Below, piece by piece: positions 15,675 through 23,739 of a DNA stretch of 32,000 nucleotides. The stretch is taken from contig OY970071.1 in NCBI GenBank assembly GCA_963705375.1, positions 870,001 through 902,000 of the forward strand, read 5' to 3'. The DNA is from Candidatus Saccharimonadota bacterium. GTDB lineage: Archaea; Micrarchaeota; Micrarchaeia; Micrarchaeales; Micrarchaeaceae. The notes under the pieces are model-generated. The model worked only from the letters and a program-made list of their open reading frames with translations, was not told the origin of the DNA and did no database searches. The stretch's first letter is position 1; every line of letters starts with the position of its first letter. The position numbers and the translations under genes are program-made.

Positions 15675-18343
15675 ACCGAACCGGACCTTATCTTCTTTAT
15701 GACCATCTTGTGAAGCTTCTGTAGGTATCTGTGCCTCTCCTTCATCATTATCACGTCGGCATGGCCGAATGTTATCATGTTGTGCGAGAACGGCGATGGT
15801 ATCTCTGTGGTTATGTGCTTGTGCTTTATCTCCTTGTCGCGAAGAGCGTCCATGATTTTCTGAGCATTGGGCAGGTCCATGACCTCGTTGAGTATCTCTC
15901 TGTACGTCTCTTTTATTACCGGGAAGTTCGGGTCTATCTCTTCCGCTGCTTTTAGCAGAAGTTGAGAGTTCACCTGCTGCCTTCTGACAGTTATCTTGTA
16001 GCCTTTGTAGTTGCGCAGTATCATGAAGCTTCTTGCCGCGACTTGCCTGAACCTCCTCTTCATTATCTCCGTCCTTCTTATGTTGCGCCGCAGCATCTGC
16101 GCTATCCCTACAGAGTCTATCTCGGCTATGATCGCATCAAGCGTCTTTTCATCCACATTAAGCTTCTCATCTTTCGTTGAGAACACGAAGCCATTGTCAC
16201 TGACCATCATGCCTATGTCCATGGAGAACATCTCCGACATGACTATCGCGAAAGCCCTTGCCAGCGCATCATTGACGCGCCTTCCGTATAGCGAATGGAA
16301 TATCAGATAGTTCGTATCCGACTCAACATCCTTCGTGGCTTCGACGAGCATCAGCTTGTTGTTCGGCACTGCACCGCAGAACAGAAGCTGTTCTGCAAAA
16401 TAGCCGAATATCGCCTGTTTTGCGTTGTCGTCCATCGGAAACGTGCTAAGGTACTCGCCAATATCCTTGGGCATCTTCGGTGTGCGCTTGACCCAGAACC
16501 CCTTTTTCTTTATGTGCGTGCCGAGCCTGCCCGCAAGCTCCTTTCTGAACTCCCCTATGCTGTTCGCAAGCTCGAAGCTCAACGGCAGCTGCTCTGAGAA
16601 CCATGGCGGTATTGTCGGCGAGTTGGTGTTGGCTTCCTTCACATAGCATCGCATGCCATTAGCATGATCAAAACTGTACAGCTTGCCCCCAAGCGTGAAA
16701 ACGTCGTCTGGCTTAAGCTTCATGAGGAACTCTTCTTCTATGTTGCCCAACCATTTGGTGCCGGAATACACATCTATCGCAACGTCGTCAGGTATTGTGC
16801 CGAGGTTCAGCATGTATATGACGCGCACCAGCTTGCCACGCCTGCCGAACACGCCCTCTTTCTCATCGTACCATATCTTGCCATAGACTCTTCTACTTTC
16901 CAAGCCGACGTAGTTGCCTGCAAGGTAGTTGAGAAGTGAAGCGAAATCCTCTTTCGGGAGTTCATGGTATGCATACGTGTTCCTCACAAGCGCATACGCA
17001 TCTTCAACGTTCCATTTCTTTGTCAGCGACATGCCGACTATGTGCTGCGCAAGCACATCAAGGGCGTTCTTTGGCGTGGCGAATGCATCGAGGTGGTGCT
17101 TTAGTGCGGCATCGAGCATGACCACACATTCAACAAGGTCATCGCGATTGAGGACTATCATCTCGCCCTTGGCCACAGATTCGAAGGAATGGCCTGCTCT
17201 TCCTATCCTTTGTATTGCTCTCGTGACGCTCTTCGGAGAGCCGAGCTGCAGCACATTGTCGATCGCACCTATGTCTATTCCCAGCTCCAGGCTTGTCGAG
17301 GACACAACACATCTGAGCGCGCCTTTCTTCAGCAGCTCCTCAACTTCGAGCCTAGATTCCCTGGAGAGCGAACCGTGATGTGCTGCTATGCTTTCTCCAT
17401 AGCCGAAGCGTTTCTTCAGGTTGAAGACCACGCGCTCCGTCCCGCTCCTGGTGTTCGTGAAGATCAAGGTCGTCTTGCCCTTTTTTATTATGGCATCCAT
17501 CTCCTTGTAGAGTGCGTTCTCTATCTCACCCTCTTTGGCGTAGATCATGTCCTTCACAGGGCTCATCGCCTTTATGTCGAACTTCTTGCTCCACGACGCG
17601 TCCACGATCGTGCAGTCCTCCAACTCGTTGCCGTTGTAACCAACAAGGTACTTTGCAGCTTCTTCTAGAGGGTAGAGCGTAGCGCCCATCCCTATCATCA
17701 CAATCCTGTGACCTATTATTTCCTTAAGGCGCTCCACACTGAGCGCAAGATGCACCCCTCTCTTGTTGTTTGCAAGCTCGTGTATCTCGTCTATTATCAC
17801 AAATTCGACGCCCTTCAGGTTCTCGACGAACTTCTCGGAGTTTATCATTATCGCTAGGCTTTCTGGCGTGGTCACAAGTATGTTGGGCGGCTTCACTAAC
17901 TGCCTGTGCCTTTCCTTCTGCGGAGTGTCTCCTGTCCTTATCCCGATCGTGACCTGCCTTGTGTTGCTCTTCAGAATGTCTACGCCCTTCTCCTTCATGA
18001 TGAGCGAGTACACCTCTTCCAACGGCCGTATGAGGTTCTTGTAGATGTCGTTGTTCAACGCGCGCAGAGGCGAAACGTATATGCAGTACACTCTGTCTTC
18101 GAGCTTGCCCTGTATGCTGTAATCAAAGAGCCTGCTTATTATCGAAAGGAACGCAGACAGCGTCTTTCCGCTGCCTGTCGGTGCCGTTACAAGCATGCTC
18201 TTGTTCTCGCTGATGAGCTTGAACGCGTACTTCTGTGGAGGTGTCAGCTTCCCAAAATTCTTGGTGAACCATTCCCTCACGTAAGGGTTGAGCACGCCAA
18301 GGCTCTCGCTGTCCTCAAAAGGTTTCTCTGCGTTAGTGAGCAT
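15671..18343 (-). CDS. lhr: Lhr-type superfamily 2 ATP-dependent helicase
   Basis: 890 aa. Contains motif I (APTGSGKTLSAF), motif II (VIIDEIHELA), HHGSLSRESR, motif VI (QRIGRAGH) and a long C-terminal DEAD-associated/winged-helix region, as in Lhr-Core proteins. Confidence 0.85.
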   Translation of the reverse strand: MLTNAEKPFEDSESLGVLNPYVREWFTKNFGKLTPPQKYAFKLISENKSMLVTAPTGSGKTLSAFLSIISRLFDYSIQGKLEDRVYCIYVSPLRALNNDIYKNLIRPLEEVYSLIMKEKGVDILKSNTRQVTIGIRTGDTPQKERHRQLVKPPNILVTTPESLAIMINSEKFVENLKGVEFVIIDEIHELANNKRGVHLALSVERLKEIIGHRIVMIGMGATLYPLEEAAKYLVGYNGNELEDCTIVDASWSKKFDIKAMSPVKDMIYAKEGEIENALYKEMDAIIKKGKTTLIFTNTRSGTERVVFNLKKRFGYGESIAAHHGSLSRESRLEVEELLKKGALRCVVSSTSLELGIDIGAIDNVLQLGSPKSVTRAIQRIGRAGHSFESVAKGEMIVLNRDDLVECVVMLDAALKHHLDAFATPKNALDVLAQHIVGMSLTKKWNVEDAYALVRNTYAYHELPKEDFASLLNYLAGNYVGLESRRVYGKIWYDEKEGVFGRRGKLVRVIYMLNLGTIPDDVAIDVYSGTKWLGNIEEEFLMKLKPDDVFTLGGKLYSFDHANGMRCYVKEANTNSPTIPPWFSEQLPLSFELANSIGEFRKELAGRLGTHIKKKGFWVKRTPKMPKDIGEYLSTFPMDDNAKQAIFGYFAEQLLFCGAVPNNKLMLVEATKDVESDTNYLIFHSLYGRRVNDALARAFAIVMSEMFSMDIGMMVSDNGFVFSTKDEKLNVDEKTLDAIIAEIDSVGIAQMLRRNIRRTEIMKRRFRQVAARSFMILRNYKGYKITVRRQQVNSQLLLKAAEEIDPNFPVIKETYREILNEVMDLPNAQKIMDALRDKEIKHKHITTEIPSPFSHNMITFGHADVIMMKERHRYLQKLHKMVIKKIRSGSV

Positions 18344-18525
18344 AAAAACACAAGAAATTAGCGCTATACATTGTCGTCGAAACTATAAATAGTTGATGTC
18401 TGCGTCGTGAGAATCCGATTCTACGGAGCTCCACCAGAGCGTACCCTGCCGTGGATATTCTGTGTGCAACCTTGCAAATGAATACGTATAAGTATCTGGA
18501 CAATTCCGAATGATTTCGTGATTAG

Positions 18526-19029
18526 GTGCAAGTAGCCAAAGAAAAGGCAAACAACCAAGCCCGATTTAATGAGATTGCCTGTGTAGTCTTCGAAGAGCAT
18601 ACGCTGAAAATGTTTATGTCAGAAACAAGCGCGAACTATCAACGATCTGTAGATTTGCTAACTAAGAATGGCCTCGTAGCTCTTACATATCAAAAGGCAC
18701 TTGTCCTGATGGACCAGAATCCAGATTTTAAAGAGCAATTGAAAGGGAAATGGTTCTGGATTGCCGGAGATTCCCTCCACATATCAGGATATTATACATT
18801 TGATGATAGTGGCGAACTCATCAAAACTGAAGAAATTAATCCAGAAAAAGCTGTTAATGTTCATGGCGGATCATATCCTTCCTATTTCGTGGTGGGTGCG
18901 CTCAATCGTATCCTGCGTGGTGGCGCTCGATTCGGCACCGGTGCTAACATCCCCTCTCAGACCATTGCGCCTGTGGTGGTCGGCTATAGTCTTTCCAGCG
19001 AAGCGACCTTATCTGAACTTGATGTGTAA
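18526..19029 (+). CDS. hypothetical protein (no recognisable motifs)
   Basis: 167-codon ORF with a GTG start (an internal ATG at 18610 is an alternative). A TATA-like tataagtat lies approx. 30 nt upstream. It is the only long ORF in this interval. No family was recognised by eye. Confidence 0.4.
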   Translation: MQVAKEKANNQARFNEIACVVFEEHTLKMFMSETSANYQRSVDLLTKNGLVALTYQKALVLMDQNPDFKEQLKGKWFWIAGDSLHISGYYTFDDSGELIKTEEINPEKAVNVHGGSYPSYFVVGALNRILRGGARFGTGANIPSQTIAPVVVGYSLSSEATLSELDV

Positions 19030-19092
19030 AGACCATCGACTCAAGGCACCTTATGATTACGACTGCCTTCACAAAATACAAAAGGAATAGAT

Positions 19093-19740
19093 CTATCTTT
19101 TTAATCCGCACCTTATCTGCATTATCTTGTTTTCCCTCTTTTTCATCTTTCTGTCATAAATGTCTAGGATCTCAAGTATCGATGAGATTTGCTGGTGTGT
19201 TGCAAGCGCGACCTCGTAATGGAACTTCGAATCTGGAATAACGCTGACCTTACCGTACGAATAACCCTTCTTGTCAAATATCCTTGCCATGTTGTCGACT
19301 TGCATCTTCCTGAAATATTGCACAAAGGTGTCAGTGAAGTACTCCATTATCTGCCGTTTCTTCAACCCAAACCAGTAATGCAATACCAACCACATGACCT
19401 TGTTTGCACGTATATGGTCGCAGTATACGTATATTTTGTCTGCAGAATCAAAATCCAGATAGCGTCTTGCATACTCTATGTTTTCTGGGGTGCTCAGCGA
19501 TTTTTCTTCTTTATGGATGACGACTCCAGGAAGGCGTGGCTCAACGTACGCCGCTATGCTTGCAGCCTCTGATATGTGTATTTTTGAGTTTGAATATCCG
19601 CTGCAGGCTATGACTTCCTTGATTCTGTTCTCCTTAGCAAACCTTACAAAACGGTCGAGATAATCTTGATACTGCTGTTTGGTCTTTCTATCCGCGCCAA
19701 GTATGCCATATGCTAGCAGAACTGCCCAGTTATTTGCCAT
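19093..19740 (-). CDS. DUF218/YdcF-like domain protein
   Basis: The pattern AVLLAYGILGA...ACSGYSNSKIHISEAASIAAYVEPRLPGVVIHKEEKSLSTPENIEYA follows the DUF218 signature (LG..., SGG...SEA..., E..S.nT.EN). ATG 19740 is preferred over the track's TTG 19752. Confidence 0.6.
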   Translation of the reverse strand: MANNWAVLLAYGILGADRKTKQQYQDYLDRFVRFAKENRIKEVIACSGYSNSKIHISEAASIAAYVEPRLPGVVIHKEEKSLSTPENIEYARRYLDFDSADKIYVYCDHIRANKVMWLVLHYWFGLKKRQIMEYFTDTFVQYFRKMQVDNMARIFDKKGYSYGKVSVIPDSKFHYEVALATHQQISSILEILDIYDRKMKKRENKIMQIRCGLKR

Positions 19741-19809
19741 GCTCTTCCGCAAAAGCTAATATCGCGATTTAATTAAAGCTTTCTATGATATATTGTCATT
19801 TGAATAAGA

Positions 19810-20676
19810 ATGTCTGCTATTAAATTTTCAGCGCAAACAACGGTAGAGTATGTCATGATATATGCAGCTACCGGCCTTATCATAGGTGTCGTACTGGTTG
19901 TCTTGGCTTGGATGGGTGTATTTAATTTGTCAACCCAGGTGCCGACCACGCAGATGGGCTCCTGCAGGTTGGCCCGGCAGATTGTACTGGGCAATGGTGT
20001 TCAAGTGAGCCAGCTGGGTAATTGCAGAGGCAGGCCTTTGGAATTCTTTACTCAGTTCAATGGCCAGAACAGCAAAATATCGATTCCGTTGACTCCCTTA
20101 TCTGGTAGAGGTTCTTTCTCGATATTTACGTGGATAAAAACCAACACCACAGGCATAAGGCAAGGAATCATAACAATAGGAAGTCAGTACTGTACAGGAA
20201 AGGGTGTTATGCTTTCTATTGACAGCACCGGTTATTTGGAGGAGGGCCTGACCTGCTCTTCTCCCGGGCTGAATTCTGCACCTGTGATTGTTAATGACGG
20301 AAAGTTTCATTTTGTAGGTGTTGTGGATAATGCAGGCATGGTTCAACTCTATGTCGATGGTGCGGCTGCTGGCAACGCTGTTTCGCAATCGCCTAATCTT
20401 GGTAAAGGGTTCAATTACATAGGTGTTGATGCGTCATCATACTTTTTCAATGGAATAATCACCAATGTCCAGGTCTACAACACATCCCTTTCCACGGACG
20501 AAATACAAAGCCTGTATGGTGAGTGGATCAGCGGTGCGCCGCTGCCACTACCGACCCTTATCGGGTGGTGGCAACTTAACGGCGACACTAGCGACTACAG
20601 CGGAAACAACAATAACAACGGAGTGCCCTTCAATGTACTGGTGACTACAGTATTGACCACATTCAAGAGCAAATAA
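19810..20676 (+). CDS. type IV pilin-like protein (class III signal peptide) with LamG/concanavalin A-like lectin domain
   Basis: Starts MSAIKFSA|QTTVEYVMIYAATGLIIGVVLVVLAWMGVF. The following domain has LamG_3-like hallmarks: FNGQNSKISIP, FSIFTWIKT, NDGKFHFVGVVDNAGMVQLYVDG and FNGIITNVQVYNTSLSTDEIQSLY. Confidence 0.7.
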   Translation: MSAIKFSAQTTVEYVMIYAATGLIIGVVLVVLAWMGVFNLSTQVPTTQMGSCRLARQIVLGNGVQVSQLGNCRGRPLEFFTQFNGQNSKISIPLTPLSGRGSFSIFTWIKTNTTGIRQGIITIGSQYCTGKGVMLSIDSTGYLEEGLTCSSPGLNSAPVIVNDGKFHFVGVVDNAGMVQLYVDGAAAGNAVSQSPNLGKGFNYIGVDASSYFFNGIITNVQVYNTSLSTDEIQSLYGEWISGAPLPLPTLIGWWQLNGDTSDYSGNNNNNGVPFNVLVTTVLTTFKSK

Positions 20677-20766
20677 CATGCGTCCGGGCTTTTCTCTAAA
20701 GTGGGCCAAGGTGATGAAGTCCGTTTGCTCCGGCCTGGCATTGTGCCGTTTCAGAAGTAGATGCAG

Positions 20767-21126
20767 TTATTTGTAGACAGAATGGTACTTGTTTCCGGTA
20801 TCGTCAGTTATGTGTATGCATTCCCCTTCGCATTCTATGAGGCACGCTTGGCACAATATGCATGATGGGCCATTGACGGCGACAGATATGCCGCCGCTGT
20901 TTCCATCATTTTCTGCAGCAAAATGCTTGTGTCCGTCATTTATTGCGGACCACTTCTTTTTGACGTTTTCGTTGACAGTGCCCTTCCATTTGGCTTCCTC
21001 TGGTGCAGTGTCTGCGTTAACCTTGCTTGCGTCTGCCCTTGACCTCATCTCGTACACGCCAACGGGGCAAACGTCCTTGCAATGCTGGCATCCTGTGCAC
21101 AGCGGCTTGTCAACGTAAACGTCCAT
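20767..21126 (-). CDS. 2x[4Fe-4S] ferredoxin-like protein with approx. 70-aa insert between clusters
   Basis: Contains CTGCQHCKDVCP and CILCQACLIECEGEC cysteine clusters. It lies 33 nt downstream of the P1 gene on the same strand. Confidence 0.75.
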   Translation of the reverse strand: MDVYVDKPLCTGCQHCKDVCPVGVYEMRSRADASKVNADTAPEEAKWKGTVNENVKKKWSAINDGHKHFAAENDGNSGGISVAVNGPSCILCQACLIECEGECIHITDDTGNKYHSVYK

Positions 21127-21159
21127 TCAGACCAATCCTCAAATGCTGTGTCTGTGGGA

Positions 21160-21468
21160 TTAGCCGCCGAATAGGCTTGCCAATCCGCCAGCAGCTTCTT
21201 CTTCACGCTTTGCCTGGTCCTCTTTGTTTTCCTTCTTCTCCTCTTTTGCAGGAGCTGCGGCGGCCGGTGCGGCTGCTGCCTGGACAGGTGCGGCTTGAGC
21301 GCTCTTCAGGACTGCCTTTATGTCAATGCCCTTGAGCGAAGCTATCAAGGCCTTTGCCTGCGCTTCGTCAGGCTCTACGCCTGCGGCTTTGACTACGTCC
21401 ATTATCGCCTTTTCGTCTATCTTCTTACCTGCTTCTTCAAGCAGTAATGCTGCATATACATACTCCAT
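21160..21468 (-). CDS. rpl12: 50S ribosomal stalk protein P1 (L12e)
   Basis: Starts [22 protein letters not shown]..., followed by an Ala/Pro hinge, an acidic/Lys-rich region and the conserved C-terminus GGLASLFGG. Confidence 0.95.
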   Translation of the reverse strand: MEYVYAALLLEEAGKKIDEKAIMDVVKAAGVEPDEAQAKALIASLKGIDIKAVLKSAQAAPVQAAAAPAAAAPAKEEKKENKEDQAKREEEAAGGLASLFGG

Positions 21469-21492
21469 ATTTTCACCTTTAATCGCGATTCA

Positions 21493-22329
21493 TTATTTCT
21501 TGTTAGTTAAATTATTTAATGCTGACGCACTCGCTGCCGCTTTCGACAAGAGCTTCTCAGTTATGCCTTTGTCGTAGACGCCTGCCTCTACGCCGACTGC
21601 CATAGCATTGTTGAATGCCCTTGTTATCAGGCCTTTGATCGTGTAGTTGTTCGTTATTCCGCATTCAAAGCAAATCGCGACTGCGGAGTTGAAGCTGCGC
21701 GCAATGTTCTGCGCTGTCTTGTCCGGATCAATGTCTAGAAGCGCCTTTCTGAACAGCATGCCCTCTGAGAGTATTCCTATGGGTTCTATAACCGCAGTGA
21801 ACGGCGTTATGCCCAGAGTGTGCAACGCCTTCGCAAGCGCAGGAGATATTATCTCATCTTTCTTAACAACCACTTTGTCCTTGCCTATGACGACCTTGCC
21901 CTTCTGTATCTGCACGTCGATGCCGGCCGTTTTGACTTCGGTTACTGCCTGTCCTGGCTGCAGGCTGGTTTCTCCTGCATGCACTGACACATCTGCGGTT
22001 GCCATCTGCTTGGGCTTTGCCTCAAGCTTTATCTTGTTGATCTTGAAGCTGTTGAAAAGGTCGAAAGGATCCTCATTGCTAAGAACTATCGCGCACGTTC
22101 CTGAAAGTTCCGCCGCGAGCTTCTTTGCGTCTGCGCTGCTCTCCAGTATCCTTTCGAGCATCTTCTTCCTTCCAAGTATGAACTCTGCCTTGCCCTTCAG
22201 CTTGCTCTTTGTCGCCTGTAGCAGCCTGTCCGGAATGCCACTAAGCTGTATTATGCCTATTGTCTTGTACTTCTTAAGCGCTGCCTGCTTCGTCTGTACG
22301 AATTCCTTCTTCTGAGATTTTGTCAGCAT
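21493..22329 (-). CDS. rplP0: 50S ribosomal stalk protein P0 (uL10)
   Basis: The position between L1 and P1 is conserved. The N-terminal region KQAALKKYKTIGIIQLSGIPDRLLQATKSKLKG...ILGRKKMLERIL is typical of archaeal P0. The start overlaps the L1 stop by 1 nt (TAATG). Confidence 0.9.
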   Translation of the reverse strand: MLTKSQKKEFVQTKQAALKKYKTIGIIQLSGIPDRLLQATKSKLKGKAEFILGRKKMLERILESSADAKKLAAELSGTCAIVLSNEDPFDLFNSFKINKIKLEAKPKQMATADVSVHAGETSLQPGQAVTEVKTAGIDVQIQKGKVVIGKDKVVVKKDEIISPALAKALHTLGITPFTAVIEPIGILSEGMLFRKALLDIDPDKTAQNIARSFNSAVAICFECGITNNYTIKGLITRAFNNAMAVGVEAGVYDKGITEKLLSKAAASASALNNLTNKK

Positions 22330-22961
22330 TACATCAGCCTCAACGGTGCACTCATGGTCATCTTTACAAAGACTGACCGGATGTGCGGCCTTCCAACCTT
22401 CCTTACTAGTGTACTAACGACCTCATCGACATTGGCGGCGAGTTCTGCAGTGCTCATGCTTTCGGCGCCAACAACGCAATGAACCGTAGGCAGGTACTTG
22501 CCCTTGCTCTTTATTGCTATGGACCTGCTGCTATCTCTTATGACCTTCGCCACGTCTGCGTCTATGAGCGGCCTTGGCATCTTGTTCCTTGGTCCAAGGA
22601 ACGGTCCTAGAACTTTTGCTATCTGCGGCATCATGGACGGCTCTGCAAACAGCTCATAATTCAAAAGATCTGCCATCTGCTTCTTGTCCGTGGTTACTCC
22701 TGTGAGCTCGCTTGTGCCTATGAGTTTGGCACCAACCTGCGTTGCAGCGTCGACCACGCGGCTGTTGTTTGCAAAGACTATGACTCCTCGGACTCTGCCT
22801 GTGCTGTTCGGGAGTGTTATCTCCATGTTCAGCCTGTTTTCCTGCTTGCTGAAATCGAGGCCTGTGAAGTTCACTGCAAGCTCTATGCTCTGCGTAAACT
22901 TGCGTTTGCCCTTGTTTTCGTCAATGAAAGCGCCAAACTTGTCCAGTTGTTCCTTTTCCAT
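22329..22961 (-). CDS. rpl1: 50S ribosomal protein L1 (uL1)
   Basis: From ATG 22961 the product is 210 aa (MEKEQLDKFGAFIDENKGKRKFTQSIELAVNF...). AGGAGG (22973..22968) lies 6 nt upstream. A TATA-like element lies further upstream, so the track's longer 23054 start is rejected. Confidence 0.9.
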   Translation of the reverse strand: MEKEQLDKFGAFIDENKGKRKFTQSIELAVNFTGLDFSKQENRLNMEITLPNSTGRVRGVIVFANNSRVVDAATQVGAKLIGTSELTGVTTDKKQMADLLNYELFAEPSMMPQIAKVLGPFLGPRNKMPRPLIDADVAKVIRDSSRSIAIKSKGKYLPTVHCVVGAESMSTAELAANVDEVVSTLVRKVGRPHIRSVFVKMTMSAPLRLM

Positions 22962-23023
22962 GAAAGCCCTCCTGCACATTGCAGTGATACCGGGAGAACC
23001 AGTACTAAGTTTCTGTAGCAATT

Positions 23024-23046
23024 GGTTTATATACTTTGCTTTTTTG
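23024..23046 (-). promoter_or_regulatory. putative BRE/TATA promoter of the L1-P0-P1(-ferredoxin) operon
   Basis: The minus strand reads aaaaaagcaAAGTATATAAACC approx. 65-85 nt upstream of ATG 22961. This leaves a leader of approx. 40 nt that contains the AGGAGG Shine-Dalgarno sequence. Confidence 0.5.
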
Positions 23047-23139
23047 AGGTGCATCTCCAGGTAAATGCCCGATTATGCGCAGTCTGCCGGCCACTAACAA
23101 TCCATCGCGCGGATGATCCAACCATGCAGAATATCTCTT

Positions 23140-23739
23140 CTATATGACTTTGTGCACTATGTCTTCGAGCTTCCTCCTGGGCTTGGGTTCTGGGATTTCT
23201 GCAGGATATCCTATGGGGATTACTGCAATAGGCAACAAGTCTCCTGAAGCGTCCAACAATTTAAGCAGCTTATCCGCATCAAAAGTCGCAACCCACACAG
23301 ACCCTAGGCCTTGTGCTGTCGCTGCAAGCTGTGCATATGCTGCTGCTATCGTAGCATCCTCTACGGGCGTTCTGACAGGCTTATTCTTGTTCTTCGTGTC
23401 TGGTGCTGTTTTCATATGCGAGCAAAAGACGAGCACAACTGGTGCCTTTGATACAAAATCCTGTGCGACCACCTCTTCCAAATCTGCTATTTTGTACCTT
23501 TCATCGAGGAGGAATATCTCGTATCTTTGCAGATTCTGCGCCGACGGAGCAGAATTGGCAACCTCGAGAATTTTTCTGACCTTCTCCTTCTCTACCGGCT
23601 TATCTAAGAAGTCCCTTACGGAATGCCTGTTTCTTACGGTATCAAAAAACTCCATGCTTCCAATATGCACCCTTAACCTTAAGAAACTTTTCCCGGACCC
23701 AAGAGACGTGCATTTCAAGAAGCCATGCCTTTGACTCAT
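23140..23739 (-). CDS. nitroreductase family protein
   Basis: RHSVRDFLDKPVEKEKVRKILEVANSAPSAQNLQRYEIFLL, APVVLVFC, EDATIAAAYAQLAATAQGLGSVWV and IPIGYPAE fit the FMN nitroreductase fold. Start 23739 overlaps the upstream stop (ATGA). An internal ATG at 23655 (MEFFDTV...) is an equally plausible start. Confidence 0.8.
   Translation of the reverse strand: MSQRHGFLKCTSLGSGKSFLRLRVHIGSMEFFDTVRNRHSVRDFLDKPVEKEKVRKILEVANSAPSAQNLQRYEIFLLDERYKIADLEEVVAQDFVSKAPVVLVFCSHMKTAPDTKNKNKPVRTPVEDATIAAAYAQLAATAQGLGSVWVATFDADKLLKLLDASGDLLPIAVIPIGYPAEIPEPKPRRKLEDIVHKVI

Noticed and set aside
18395-18470. Possible C/D-box sRNA in the lhr upstream spacer (TGATGT ... CTGT).
   Set aside because: Both boxes deviate from the RUGAUGA/CUGA consensus and no D'/C' boxes or terminal stem were found. 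The region is better explained as the lhr promoter (ctatttatagtt) plus the promoter of ORF 18526.
22987-23005. Hairpin in the L1 mRNA leader (GTACTGG-TTCTC-CCGGTAT, minus strand) as an L1 autoregulatory binding site, of the kind known for the Methanococcus L1 operon.
   Set aside because: The stem needs two G-U pairs. I also cannot match it from memory to the L1-binding consensus shared by 23S rRNA and the regulatory mRNA site. It needs a structural alignment before any claim.
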